Source: Ylistrum balloti
Taxonomy: Eukaryota
NCBI RefSeq assembly: GCF_031769215.1
Contig: NW_026781982.1
Coordinates: 1,364,001-1,428,000, forward strand
Direction: 5' to 3'
Length of the DNA: 64,000 bases
A program made the translations under genes and the position numbers. Positions 26,901-37,952 of this stretch are shown piece by piece; the first letter of the stretch is position 1, and every line of letters begins with the position of its first letter. The notes under the pieces were generated by a model that saw nothing but the letters and a program-made list of their open reading frames with translations, searched no databases and was not told the DNA's origin.

Positions 26901-29900
26901 TAAACCAATAGATGATTTCTAACAAAAGAGAAAGAAACAGAGATAAAAAACCCTTTATCCAACCATATATCATGTTAGTTCCCAACAGTGCAGACAGCCA
27001 AAGTGCACAACTATTTGGCCCTGTCAGGCCCCTGTGACAAACAGACCATTGCCTGGAGCTAATTTAGGTGGTAAATCAAGGAACCTCCGGCCTAAAATTG
27101 CTAAGGAGTCACTAATGAGGCCGTTGGATGCCATTAAAGGCCTTAATTCTGATTTCTGTGTCAATTCACCTCTAGTGTCTCCCATCAGTTCACTGTTTTA
27201 CGACCCTTGCAGTATAATGTGAGCAATTTCTGCCTCATTACAATGCTATATGCACCTAATGTTAAATAATCTGTTTAACCCTCCCACAACACCCAGTAAA
27301 GGTTCTTGAACCAAGTTGCTTTTTTTATTGTTGTTTGTTTTACTAGGGATATATGGCAAAGTAAGGAAATGAGAACATAAAGTCAATTGAAATATTTCAA
27401 TAAAATTCTCCAAAATCCTTCAAAATCTCATATTTTGACCCAGAAATGGACAGAAAAATCTAACTCTCCATTTTTTTTTCTGAGTTAGAAACCCTATAAA
27501 TTAAGATCTAACTATATACTAATCATTTAAATATTTCCTAAATAACTTATCTAAATGCAACATTTTAATCTTGATGGAAAGGTAACATCATGGTCTCAAT
27601 TCTGCTTCGTCTTCAACATTCTTAATTTCAAACCTCCTTCCACTTCTTAGCTCCTATAACTGGTGTTAATATGAAATAGTTTATTTCTGGTTCAGGACTA
27701 TAAGAGACCTCTATACCACACAAATACTGGTAAATACATTTTTCAAATACTTCTATCTGGTATACAAGTGTATTAAAGTCTAATATTTACTTTGCAATGT
27801 AATTACTTGTACTATGTAATTAGAATAAAAGTCTTGGATTTTCCTGTGATTATCATGATTATTTTTAAAGGAATAAACTTTTAATGGTGATTCAACATTT
27901 TCTGGTCGTTAATTCCAAATTTATGTTCCTGATTTCTGAACATTTTTATGTTTTGGCCAGAGCATCCATTGAAAACATTTCCTAGCCCCGAATGCGCCGT
28001 CCTTTTCCGAAATCTAGATTACATCCTGAACGTGCACCCCTTATGTCCTTTAAAATGTGTTTTGCATGTGCAGATATGAAAATGTGTAAAACTCTTTGTT
28101 CCATCATCCTTTAGCACATCTCTACTTAACCTCTAATCAAGTGTTAGAAAGGATCAGGTTCCCAATTAAGACGGAAACTTGACAGGGGCAGACAATTCTG
28201 AAAATCACATATCCAGGCCTGAAGTTTGATTAATCCATTGTTTGCAAGACGATCAGTCTGATTAACTAAGTTTGTTATTCAAGGTCCTGAGTAAATGATG
28301 GATAATTATAATGCCCATATCTCACGGAAGAACACCATTACCAAGTAAAATCAGGACCTCTTTAGCTTTTTATAGTTTTCAACGCTAGGACTCATCATGT
28401 ATCAAGAATCAATTAATCATATAACATTAAGTTCAGATATAACTGACTCTGTAACATAAAAGAAATTTCGTGCTTATATATCACAATACTATGGATTAGT
28501 AAAGCAAAGGGCTTGTATAGAGTATCCACAATTGTTAGGACTGTGCCAATGTTTAATATGATTATCTTTTGATTCACCTAATCTTAAATGACAATGGAGA
28601 AATCACAGAATTATGTTTTTCATCGCTAAGGATATAGCAAGGAATAATTTAGGTATGCCCCCAAAAATTAAATTTCTGTTTAATATGATCAGAAATTGGT
28701 ATTCACATAGTCAGTATGCAGAGTGTGGATAAAGAATATGGCTACTGATTTATGTTTAATTAAAATTGTCACAGAGGATTTAAAAAACATATCAAAAAGT
28801 TTTACAACCATTTATCTGACATAATAATATCGATAGTTTTACAATGATTATAATATCTAACTCTACAGTGTTGCTCTTTCCAAACATGAAGCGCAAGATG
28901 TGACAGCAGACCAGAAGATATCAAACAGAATCAATGCTGATCATGTGACGTATATGGGTATAATTGGCGGTGACAGATGTTTACTCTTAATAGGGTATTT
29001 AACAACCGTCTACTCCCAACATTAACTATGAATTTGAATGGTGACTGCATGGAATGATTATGGTGACACCCTATCAATAGTTAAGGCATTTGGAAGATCT
29101 CGAAAGAAAACTGTAACAAAACAAAAAAATGAAAGGTTCAAATTATCACTAGACAGACAATTATTGTTTTTATTAAAACAAATGAAAGGTTCAAATTATC
29201 ACTAGACAGACAATTATTGTTTTTATTTAAAAAAATGAAAGGTTCAAATTATCACTAGACAGACAATTATTGTTTTTATTTAAAAAAATGAAAGGTTCAA
29301 ATTATCACTAGACAGACAATTATTGTTTTTATTTAAAAAAATGAAAGGTTCAAATTATCACTAGACAGACAATTATTGTTTTTATTTAAAAAAATGAAAG
29401 GTTCAAATTATCACTAGACAGACAATTATTGTTTTTATTTAAAAAAATGAAAGGTTCAAATTATCAAACAGACAATTATTGTTTTTATTAAAAAAAATGA
29501 AAGGTTCAAATTATCACTAGACAGACAATTATTGTTTTTATTTAAAAAAATGAAAGGTTCAAATTATCACTAGACAGACAATTATTGTTTTTATTAAAAA
29601 AATGAAAGATCACATGTTTAAATTTTTGTGTATCCAAACTGACTGGAGGTTTACCCTATAATGGTATTATATTATAAGTTATCATTTATTGAATCAAAAA
29701 ACAAGAAGCAAAATAGCACTTCACACTATGTCAAAAATTAACAAAAAGAAAGATTAACAAGAAGACTCTCTAAAAACAACAACAAACATATCATAGTGAC
29801 CATAAACCTTTCTGTATTTATTTCTCAAAAACCTGAGGTTTAAGCTTATCTGTATGCAGTTGACATCTTTCCTGGAAATCATGGTATTCTAGTATTAACC

Positions 29901-32900
29901 CTTGAATGTATCTAGGAAAGTAGGGAAGTCACTATTAAGAAAACGAAAATACATACAGCTTTAAACAGTTCAATCTAATAAAATAAATATATGGATAATT
30001 GTTGAATCAACCTTGTTTAACCTAATTAATTGTAAATTCTGTGGTAATGTAACTGTGATACAAGTACAGAGATATTTACCCAGATAAAAGTTTAACCATT
30101 TTTGTCTTATATTTTTCTTACTTTAGTCATCTAACAATAACCCCATGCCTAGTAATAAGTCCGCTTGTCTCTGTTCATTTTTCTATCAGTAAAATTACAA
30201 CGACATGCTATTTCCTTGTCGTGTAATAAACGATGCCCTGATTTGAACAAGATTACGTTAGTGTTAGTAGTCATCCCTAACCTATAACAGAGCAAACAGT
30301 GAAATTTATTCAAATGTTTTATTGTTATATTTCAATGAGTACAACGACCTGATTTTTTACAAAATGGACCTTCTTATAATAAGCCTCTTAGCTTGATCCT
30401 TATGTCCAACACGACACACTTGGACAGCTCACCACTTAGTTGGATGACAAGAGTGACAATTCTCTTATCATGTACCTTCCATATCCTGATATACAGCATT
30501 CACACTTCCTTCTTTCAGTAAAAACAAGCCACAGTTGGTTACATCACTCAGCAATGTCCCGACTTATACGTAACAATTTTCCTGATTGATAATAAGTTTA
30601 TTAACTGATTCAGAATCTTATAAGATCCTCTTCATCGAGCTCAAAAACATGACATAAAAATTAAAATGAAAGTGAGTGTGACGTAACTTATTAATGTATC
30701 TTAGATCCATAATTATAGAGCAGTTCCTGATTTTGCCAATATTTATCCAGTCTGTTTATCAATATATCTACGGTCGGCGATATTACCACATTTTCTGGAA
30801 GACTATTCCAAACTTTTGCATTGCGTAGGGAAAAAATCTTCTTGCGAATATCTAATTTGGAATGTTGTGGAAGTATTTTCAGTTTTCAATACTTAAAATA
30901 TCATCACAAAAAAACAAGGATTATGAAGTCTATACCATTTACATTATGGATTCAATTAACAGTAGATAGTCTCTCAGTAAGCAGATAGTTGCTACTGTCT
31001 TAGTACAAGAAAATGTCCAACACATGAATAATACTCCTGATCACATGTTAAGACAAGTATCACTCTTTGATAAACTTCGATAAATGATAACAACGATGAC
31101 CTTGACCTGTGAATATTAGATGACAAATCATTTGCTTAGTACCAATTCACCAATGCTTTCAATGGAAGAAACAAAACACATAGAAATTGACCCCGAAATG
31201 TAATTCTTTTTGAAAAGTTGGTTGGTTTGAGTAGCTCATCACTCCCCTTCCTGAATCAGATGTGAACATTCAGTATGGGGACACCTGCCAGCAGTCAGAC
31301 ACCTCACGGTCTTTTCACCAACAATTTGGAGAGAATAATATAAGACATTGTCATAAATAAATTCCTTTTTCTGTTTTTCAATCAAGATAATGACGTTTTC
31401 TTTTCTTCTTTTTTTTTCAAACAAATATGAAAGGGTTTTTTTTAAATAAAAATGATGAAACATAAATTTCTTTTCATCATATCAACTTATGCTCCTTTTG
31501 GTTCCTCTATGTCAAATCACAATGATTACTTCCATACCATTTAAGATAAAGCTATTCTTCACATTTTTTTAGCAATTAATATCCAACAAGATATTAGTGA
31601 TATTCATACATGAACTTTGACCTTAAAGGAGACTTCTATTACCTTGACCTTATAAAAGGAAATTATATGTATGTTTGTAAAACAGGAAATATAATCTTGT
31701 CTGTTTATCTATTTGGAGAATTGGGTATATGATAATCAATTCATCTAAATATGACAACAAATAATTATCAAAGCCAGACAACTATGTGTGAATCACATCT
31801 GCTTGGAAACTCTCATTATGCAATTGACAAAACAAATTGTTTATCTGCTGGTAAATTTGCAATTTCCGTGAACAAATTGATAGCACTTGCTGAGAGTGCT
31901 ATCTAGACGCCATCATGCTATTGAGCTGTCCCAATCCAACACTGAATAAAACCATGATAAAACATAAAGGTAGCCATGTATGAATATGATATCAAGTCTG
32001 TGTCGCATTTGAGGTGATTGCATCCAGAAGTTTATTGGTGGAGATCCCTCCCCCAAGGGAAATATGGTCGACAAATGATCAGAATACACTTATTACTGAT
32101 AGCAAATACCGTTTAGTGTACAAATCACAAACATTGGCCATCAACATTTTGACAGGTATAATACCATTAATGTATATTCCCTAATTACTGACACTATCTA
32201 ACTGGATTGTCTACAGTGGGCTTCAATATCACTATCTATAATTATAACACAAATAAATGGTACATCACTTTAGTTAATTCAGAAACCAGGAAAACAGGAT
32301 TAATAAAATATGCTTTAAAAGTTATATATCATTCTATTCCCATAATGGATGTAATTATCATCCTCAGTTTCCAAAAGCATAGTTTGCTTCATCAGAATGT
32401 ATACACAGCAGTCAGTGCCATCATTTCAGACTCTAAATGATGATACATTTATATATTAAAACTTGATAAATTTTCTTTTCACCATAGAAAACCCAAGAAC
32501 AAATGAAATGATTTAAGGAAAGGGGAGGATACGTAACATAAAAAAGTATCTGTAACATGTGAATTAGATGTTGTCATCTGGTAGCCTGCAAAGTAATCCC
32601 GAGTATGAAAGCTCCAGTCCAACACAATGACATTAATGAACAAAACATGTATGTGTGAAACTACTATATGAGAAAACAAAAGCAGCTGTCGTATGTATAC
32701 TGTTTCATTCAACGGTACACACAGGAATGACAAACATGTATTCAATGGTTTACTCAGGACTGCTTCTCTTAGTGAGACTAAAATAATATGGTCTCATACT
32801 AGTAATTGTGTAATTGTCAACTCTATGTACATAGAAATGACAACTTGATTGCAGGAACTGTGAATTAACTCAAACAGGAATATCTGTCAATAATATTAAC

Positions 32901-33684
32901 TAATGTATATTGTATCATAACTGGCCTGGACCTGAATACACGTAGCTCATAAATGCATTGCATAGTCTTACTTTAGATTTTTCTCAGTCACCTCCTAGGC
33001 TTCAAAATTTAGGTACTTAGCTCACTGACGATTCCTAGAAGGACGGAACAGCTGTGTGATGCAGTTTCATTCATTGTTTGTATCTAAAGTTTCCATGCAG
33101 GGGTGAGTTGACAGCTATGCTTGTAAAAGTAACACTAAGTATTACATATTCCAAAGTCTCTAAATGGGAAAGTATGTATCTTGATGCCTCCATTAGGATT
33201 CAAACCCAGGACCTCTGACTTACTGGTCTTGCTCTCAACCAATTGAGTCGGAGGGAAGATATTTCTCACTGTGCGGTACTTAGCTGCTAGTATTTTACCC
33301 GGGTAACATATAACAAAACTGGTTCCCTTTTTAAAAGATGACCTTTAACCTCTATCTGACCTACCTGTGTAAGAATAGTTCACAATGGCTACCATGGCGT
33401 CTGGATCAACATCGTTGATTTTGATTTCCTCCATAGTAGCCTCCCTTACATCGTTGGTAAACATTGCCGCAAAGTAATCCGATGCTGCACTGAGAACGAG
33501 TCTGTGTGCGGGAATGCGCTTGTTTCCCACAAGTAACACGACATCACACAGTTGTCGCTTAGAAACGTAGCCCTCCATTTTTTTCATCATTCTCTCAGCA
33601 TGGTTCATGGAGTGGAAGGAGTCAGGAACATCCTCCATCCTAGTTGTGGGGAACGTAGCAGCATAGGTCTGATGAACCAGGTAC
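8876..33684 (-). CDS. KLHL5: Kelch-like protein 5-like (KLHL1/4/5 subfamily; BTB-BACK-6 Kelch, Cullin-3 substrate adaptor), joined model of 9 core exons
   Basis: join complement(33365-33684,25892-26088,19551-19763,18839-19028,12097-12321,11680-11842,10643-10855,9448-9619,8876-8935). All junctions are AG/GT with matching phases. From ATG 33638 the CDS is 1707 nt = 568 aa + stop. BTB motif [42 protein letters not shown] motif [18 protein letters not shown], six GG-containing Kelch repeats, and C-terminus GRAGACVV match the KLHL1/4/5 family from memory. The symbol is the closest vertebrate name; the invertebrate gene is probably co-orthologous to KLHL1/4/5. Confidence 0.93.
9448..9619 (-). CDS. 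KLHL5: KLHL5-like exon: Kelch 5-6 (YDPKTDQW...SNEWSK)
   Basis: Acceptor ttttccacag|A, donor AAG|gtatga. 172 nt, phase 2 to 0. Confidence 0.96.
9723..10250. mobile_element. MITE (non-autonomous DNA transposon) with ~110-bp terminal inverted repeats; AGG...CCT ends suggest Kolobok type
   Basis: 9723-9834 is the near-perfect reverse complement of 10140-10250. No coding capacity. The expected TTAA TSD is degenerate (AAAA / TTCA), so the superfamily is tentative. Confidence 0.85.
10643..10855 (-). CDS. KLHL5: KLHL5-like exon: Kelch 4-5 ([21 protein letters not shown]...FECAE)
   Basis: Acceptor tgtgtttcag|A, donor GAAAG|gtataa. 213 nt, phase 2 to 2. Confidence 0.96.
11680..11842 (-). CDS. KLHL5: KLHL5-like exon: Kelch 3-4 ([29 protein letters not shown]...VLMG)
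   Basis: Acceptor cttttcag|GT, donor GGCAA|gtaagt. 163 nt, phase 1 to 2. Confidence 0.96.
12097..12321 (-). CDS. KLHL5: KLHL5-like exon: Kelch 1-3 ([15 protein letters not shown]...STHRHGL)
   Basis: Acceptor tgtttttag|GT, donor TTAG|gtaagt. 225 nt, phase 1 to 1. Confidence 0.96.
12500..12816. repeat. Two adjacent short arrays: degenerate ~36-bp unit (~4 copies) and 44-bp unit (~3 copies)
   Basis: CTTATATGG recurs every ~36 bp. CCTAATTGTTT at 12694, 12738 and 12782. Confidence 0.8.
14215..15345. repeat. Minisatellite, 55-bp unit, ~20 copies, with higher-order structure
   Basis: CTTACACAATTTCA... spacing 14231, 14286, 14341. Variant markers recur at 275 and 385 bp. Confidence 0.95.
16225..16960. 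repeat. Minisatellite, 54-bp unit, ~13 copies
   Basis: CAACACCTCAACAACTGGTTCCTGAATAGACAGGTTTACATATAACACAGGTAC; 18-aa periodicity in ORF 16165-16971. Confidence 0.95.
16960..17120. repeat. Minisatellite, 21-bp unit, ~7 copies
   Basis: CTGGTGTAACACTGGTTCCCA. Confidence 0.9.
18260..18742. repeat. Minisatellite, 19-20-bp unit, ~25 copies
   Basis: ATCATGGGCCTCCTATAAT. Confidence 0.95.
18839..19028 (-). CDS. KLHL5: KLHL5-like exon: BACK end/IVR/Kelch 1 start (FIADHVE...[23 protein letters not shown])
   Basis: Acceptor atacag|TTC, donor AAAG|gtaatg. 190 nt, phase 0 to 1. Contains the conserved SPRTKPRKS motif. Confidence 0.95.
19551..19763 (-). CDS. KLHL5: KLHL5-like exon: BACK domain ([12 protein letters not shown]...LPLMSPQ)
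   Basis: Acceptor tttttccag|GAC, donor CAG|gtaaac. 213 nt, phase 0 to 0. Confidence 0.95.
20098..20895. repeat. Minisatellite, 36-bp unit, ~22 copies
   Basis: CCAGTAAGTGTCAGTCACAACAAACACCAAGCACCA; 12-aa periodicity in overlapping ORFs. Confidence 0.95.
21893..21930 (+). mobile_element. 3' end remnant of a HINE-like element
   Basis: CAATAGCTCACATGAGCCTTTAGCTTACTGAGCTAAAA resembles the typical ...ATAGCTCAC..GAGCCTT.GGCTCAGGTGAGCTAAAA terminus. Confidence 0.5.
22858..23838. repeat. Minisatellite, 33-bp unit, ~30 copies
   Basis: GAGATTGAGGTTTGACTTAGCAGCTACATCTGT; 11-aa periodicity in ORFs on both strands. Confidence 0.95.
24988..25617 (+). mobile_element. Non-autonomous Helentron/HINE-like element
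   Basis: 5' end ACAAGAGGC..., subterminal inverted repeats GTCACCCGAG (25013-25022) / CTCAGGTGAC (25601-25610), 3' hairpin TCACCATGAGAC-TTT-GTCTCAGGTGA then CTAAAAA. This is the architecture typical of bivalve HINEs. Confidence 0.7.
25892..26088 (-). CDS. KLHL5: KLHL5-like exon: end of BTB/start of BACK ([14 protein letters not shown]...NNYVM)
   Basis: Acceptor ttttgtag|GT, donor ATG|gtaagt. 197 nt, phase 1 to 0. Confidence 0.95.
29123..29608. repeat. AT-rich minisatellite, 53-bp unit, ~9 copies
   Basis: ATGAAAGGTTCAAATTATCACTAGACAGACAATTATTGTTTTTATTTAAAAAA; spacing 29235, 29288, 29341. Confidence 0.95.
33180..33258 (-). mobile_element. Degraded tRNA-derived SINE head
   Basis: Minus strand CTCCGACTCAATTGGTTGAGAGC...GAGGTCCTGGGTTTGAATCC: degenerate A- and B-boxes. 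No intact cloverleaf. Confidence 0.45.
33365..33684 (-). CDS. KLHL5: KLHL5-like common exon: N-terminal linker + BTB domain (YLVHQTY...MEDVP...NYSYT)
   Basis: Acceptor tgttgtttctctag|G (AG at 33686-33685), donor ACAG|gtaggt. 320 nt, phase 2 in, phase 1 out. Internal ATG at 33638 in context AGGATGG. Confidence 0.93.
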
Positions 33685-33689
33685 CTAGA

Positions 33690-36600
33690 GAAACAACAGG
33701 AGAGATTAAACAAGAGATAGTAATGAGGTACATAGCAGTGTAGGTCTGATGGACCAGGTACCTAGAGAGACAACAGGAGAGATTAAACAACAGATAGTGA
33801 TGAGGTACATAGCAGTGTAGGTCTGATGGACCAGGTACCTAGAGAAACAACAGGACAGATTAAACAACAGATAGTGATGAGGAACATAGCAGTATAGGTC
33901 TGATGGACCAGGTACCTAGAGAAACAACAGGACAGATTAAACAACAGATAGTGGCACAGACCAGTCTGACAGACCAAGTACCTACAGTAACAACAGGAGA
34001 GGTTGTACGACAATAGACAGTGATGAGGAACAACAGGAGAGGTTGTATGACAACAGACAGTGATGAGGAACCACAGGAGAGGTTGTACAACAACAGAGTG
34101 TGGTACAGAACTGTTTGATAGACCAGGTACCTACAGTAACAACAGGAGAGGTTGTACAACAACAGAGAGTGGTACAGTATCTACAGTAACAACTGGAGAC
34201 AGAACGGTCTGATAGACCAGGTACAACTACAGTAACAACTGGAGAGGTTGTACAACAACAAGAGAGTGGTACAGAACAGTCTGATAGACCAGGTACCTAC
34301 AGTAACAACTGGAGAGGTTGTACAACAACAGAGAGTGGTACAGACAACTGGAGAGGTTGTACAACAACTGGACAGACCAGTCTGATAGACCAGGTACCTA
34401 CAGTAACAACTGGAGAGGTTGTACAACAACAGAAAGTGGTACAGACCAGTCTGATAGACCAGGTATCTACAGTAACAACTGGAGAGGTTGTACAACAACA
34501 AAGAATGGTACAGAACGGTCTGATAGACCAGGTACCTACAGTAACAACTGGAGAGGTTGTACAACAACAGAGAGTGGTACAGACCAGTCTGATAGACCAG
34601 GTATCTACAGTAACAACTGGAGAGGTTGTACAACAACAGAAAGTGGTACAGACCAGTCTGATAGACCAGGTACCTACAGTAACAACAGGAGAGGTTGTAC
34701 AACAACAGAAAGTGGTACAGACCAGTCTGATAGACCAGGTATCTACAGTAACAACTGGAGAGGTTGTACAACAACAAAGAATGGTACAGACCAGTCTGAT
34801 AGACCAGGTATCTACAGTAACAACTGGAGAGGTTGTACAACAACAAAGAATGGTACAGAACGGTCTGATAGACCAGGTACCTACAGTAACAACTGGAGAG
34901 GTTGTACAACAACAGAGAGTGGTACAGACCAGTCTGATAGACCAGGTATCTACAGTAACAACTGGAGAGGTTGTACAACAACAGAAAGTGGTACAGACCA
35001 GTCTGATAGACCAGGTACCTACAGTAACAACAGGAGAGGTTGTACAACAACAGAAAGTGGTACAGACCAGTCTGATAGACCAGGTATCTACAGTAACAAC
35101 TGGAGAGGTTGTACAACAACAAAGAATGGTACAGAACGGTCTGATAGACCAGGTACCTACAGTAACAACAGGAGAGGTTGTACAACAACAGAGAGTGGTA
35201 CAGACCAGTCTGATAGACCAGGTACCTACAGTAACAACTGGAGAGGTTGTACAACAACAGAGAGTGGTACAGAACGGTCTGATAGACCAGGTACCTACAG
35301 TAACAACTGGAGAGGTTGTACAACAACAGAAAGTGGTACAGACCAGTCTGATAGACCAGGTATCTACAGTAACAACTGGAGAGGTTGTACAACAACAAAG
35401 AATGGTACAGAACGGTCTGATAGACCAGGTACCTACAGTAACAACTGGAGAGGTTGTACAACAACAGAGAGTGGTACAGACCAGTCTGATAGACCAGGTA
35501 TCTACAGTAACACCTGGAGAGGTTGTACAACAACAGAAAGTGGTACAGACCAGTCTGATAGACCAGGTACCTACAGTAACAACTGGAGAGGTTGTACAAC
35601 AACAGAGAGTGGTGCAGACCAGTCTGATAGACCAGGTACCTACAGTAACAACAGGAGAGGTTGTACAACAACAGAAAGTGGTACAGACCAGCCTGATAGA
35701 CCAGGTATCTACAGTAACAACTGGTACAACAACAGAGAGTGGTACAGACCAGTCTGATAGACCAGGTACCTACAGTAACAACTGGAGAGGTTGTACAACA
35801 ACAGAGAGTGGTACAGACCAGTCTGATAGACCAGGTACCTACAGTAACAACTGGAGAGGTTGTACAACAACAGAGAGTGATGAGGAACAACAGGAGAGGT
35901 TGTACAACAACAGAGAGTGGTGCAGACCAGTCTGATAGACCAGGTACCTACAGTAACAACAGGAGAGGTTGTACAACAACAGAAAGTGGTACAGACCAGC
36001 CTGATAGACCAGGTATCTACAGTAACAACTGGAGAGGTTGTACAACAAAAGAGAGTGGTACACAATGGTCTGATAGACCAGGTAACTACAGTAACAACTG
36101 GAGAGGTTGTACAACAACAGAGAGTGATGAGGAACAACAGGAGAGGTTGTACAACAACAGAGAGTGGTACAGAACTGTCTGATAGACCAGGTATCTACAG
36201 TAACAACTGGAGAGGTTGTACAACAACAGAGAGTGGTACACAATGGTCTGATAGACCAGGTACCTACAGTAACAACTGGAGAGGTTGTACAACAACAGAG
36301 AGTGGTACAGACCAGTCTGATAGACCAGGTATCTACAGTAACAACTGGAGTGGTTGTACGACAACAGACAGTGATGAGGAACCACAGGAGAGGTTGTACA
36401 ACAACAGAGTGTGGTACAGACCAGTCTGATAGACCAGGTATCTACAGTAACAACTGGAGAGGTTGTACAACAACAAAGAATGGTACAGAACGGTCTGATA
36501 GACCAGGTACCTACAGTAACAACAGGAGAGGTTGTACAACAACAGAGAGTGGTACAGAACTGTCTGATAGACCAGGTACCTACAGTAACAACTGGAGAGG

Positions 36601-37075
36601 TTGTACAACAACAGAGAGTGGTACAGACCAGTCTGATAGACCAGGTACCTACAGTAACAACTGGAGAGGTTGTACAACAACAGAGAGTGGTACAGAACGG
36701 TCTGATAGACCAGGTACCTACAGCAACAACTGGAGAGGTTGTACAACAACAGAAAGTGGTACAGACCAGTCTGATAGACCAGGTATCTACAGTAACAACT
36801 GGAGAGGTTGTACAACAACAAAGAATGGTACAGAACGGTCTGATAGACCAGGTACCTACAGCAACAACTGGAGAGGTTGTACAACAACAGAGAGTGGTAC
36901 AGACCAGTCTGATAGACCAGGTATCTACAGTAACAACTGGAGTGGTTGTACAACAACAGAGTGTGGTACAGACCAGTCTGATAGACCAGGTATCTACAGT
37001 AACAACTGGAGAGGTTGTACAACAACAAAGAATGGTACAGAACGGTCTGATAGACCTGGTACCTACAAAAACAGT
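33690..37075. repeat. Splice-acceptor-derived minisatellite: three 77-bp units next to the exon, then ~45 units of 69 bp
   Basis: Junction copies at 33684, 33761, 33838 and 33915 (77-bp spacing). 34390 to 34459 = 69 bp. 23-aa periodicity in three long ORFs. Confidence 0.95.
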
Positions 37076-37248
37076 AAAGGTTATAATACTTACAGCTACA
37101 GTAATTAAATAAATAAATACTGGAAAGTATCAACCTTTTTGTTCATCACTCTAGGGTATCTCCTATCAGACATTACATATAACATTGTTGATAAAACTAT
37201 CTTATCATCAAACATTTATAATAATCTGTATCATCACATATCACTTAC

Positions 37249-37370
37249 AATGTACACAGGAAACAATACACTGATATAGGATTGATATGATTGTTGTATA
37301 GATTTGTCTGAAACTGTCCACATGGCTTTCGTTCTCCATTAAACACCTCAGCTCTGTTCATGACTTGCAT
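37249..37370 (-). CDS. KLHL5: Candidate alternative first coding exon 1C (MQVMNRAEVFNGERKPCGQ...FLCTL)
   Basis: Open frame (ORF 37245-37472) ends at donor ACATT|gtaagt in phase 2. ATG at 37370. Confidence 0.4.
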
Positions 37371-37896
37371 TTCAATATGTTGCAGCAGCAAGCTGCACTT
37401 GTAATGATAATTAGTTTTGCCTGCCTGCTGCTCAGAAAATGTTTCTAAATCAACACAAATCTTCCATTTCAAAAATTATACAAGTTTTTTTCACTTCCAT
37501 TTTTTTTCTCTTCCTCTTTTGCTTTAAACTTTTTAGACAAGTGATATATTCCTCCCTCTTTTTATCACTTTTCCACACCAAATCTCTGTATCTAATTCTA
37601 TTACCTCTTATCAACCCTGTCCCCTTTCCTCATTTTCAATTTTAACATCTTCAACAAGCTCCTCTCTCTCTCCTTTACTTTATTTCTCTACCTAATCATC
37701 TTCATTTCACCCATTTTTCCTCTATTGTTCCTTTTATCAACCTCTTTTCTTTCTTAATGAAACCAAGAAGCATACATACAACTATACTATCTAACCTGTA
37801 AGTGGTCAAATTACTTCTGGGGATTTAGGACCTAACAATTAAGCAATGCCAGTATACCATCATTGTTAGTGATGGGCTGATGAATGAAAATTTATC

Positions 37897-37952
37897 AAAT
37901 AAGGAAATGAAACCAATTAATCCAAATAAGGAAATGAAACCAATTAATCCAA
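37897..37952. repeat. 26-bp direct duplication
   Basis: CAAATAAGGAAATGAAACCAATTAAT x2. Confidence 0.8.

Noticed and set aside
34181-37133. Long ORFs of 233-569 aa in three frames on both strands
   Set aside because: They arise from the stop-free 69-bp unit (23-aa periodicity), with no domain or non-repeat flanks. Considered only as possible in-frame inserts in the splice-satellite finding.
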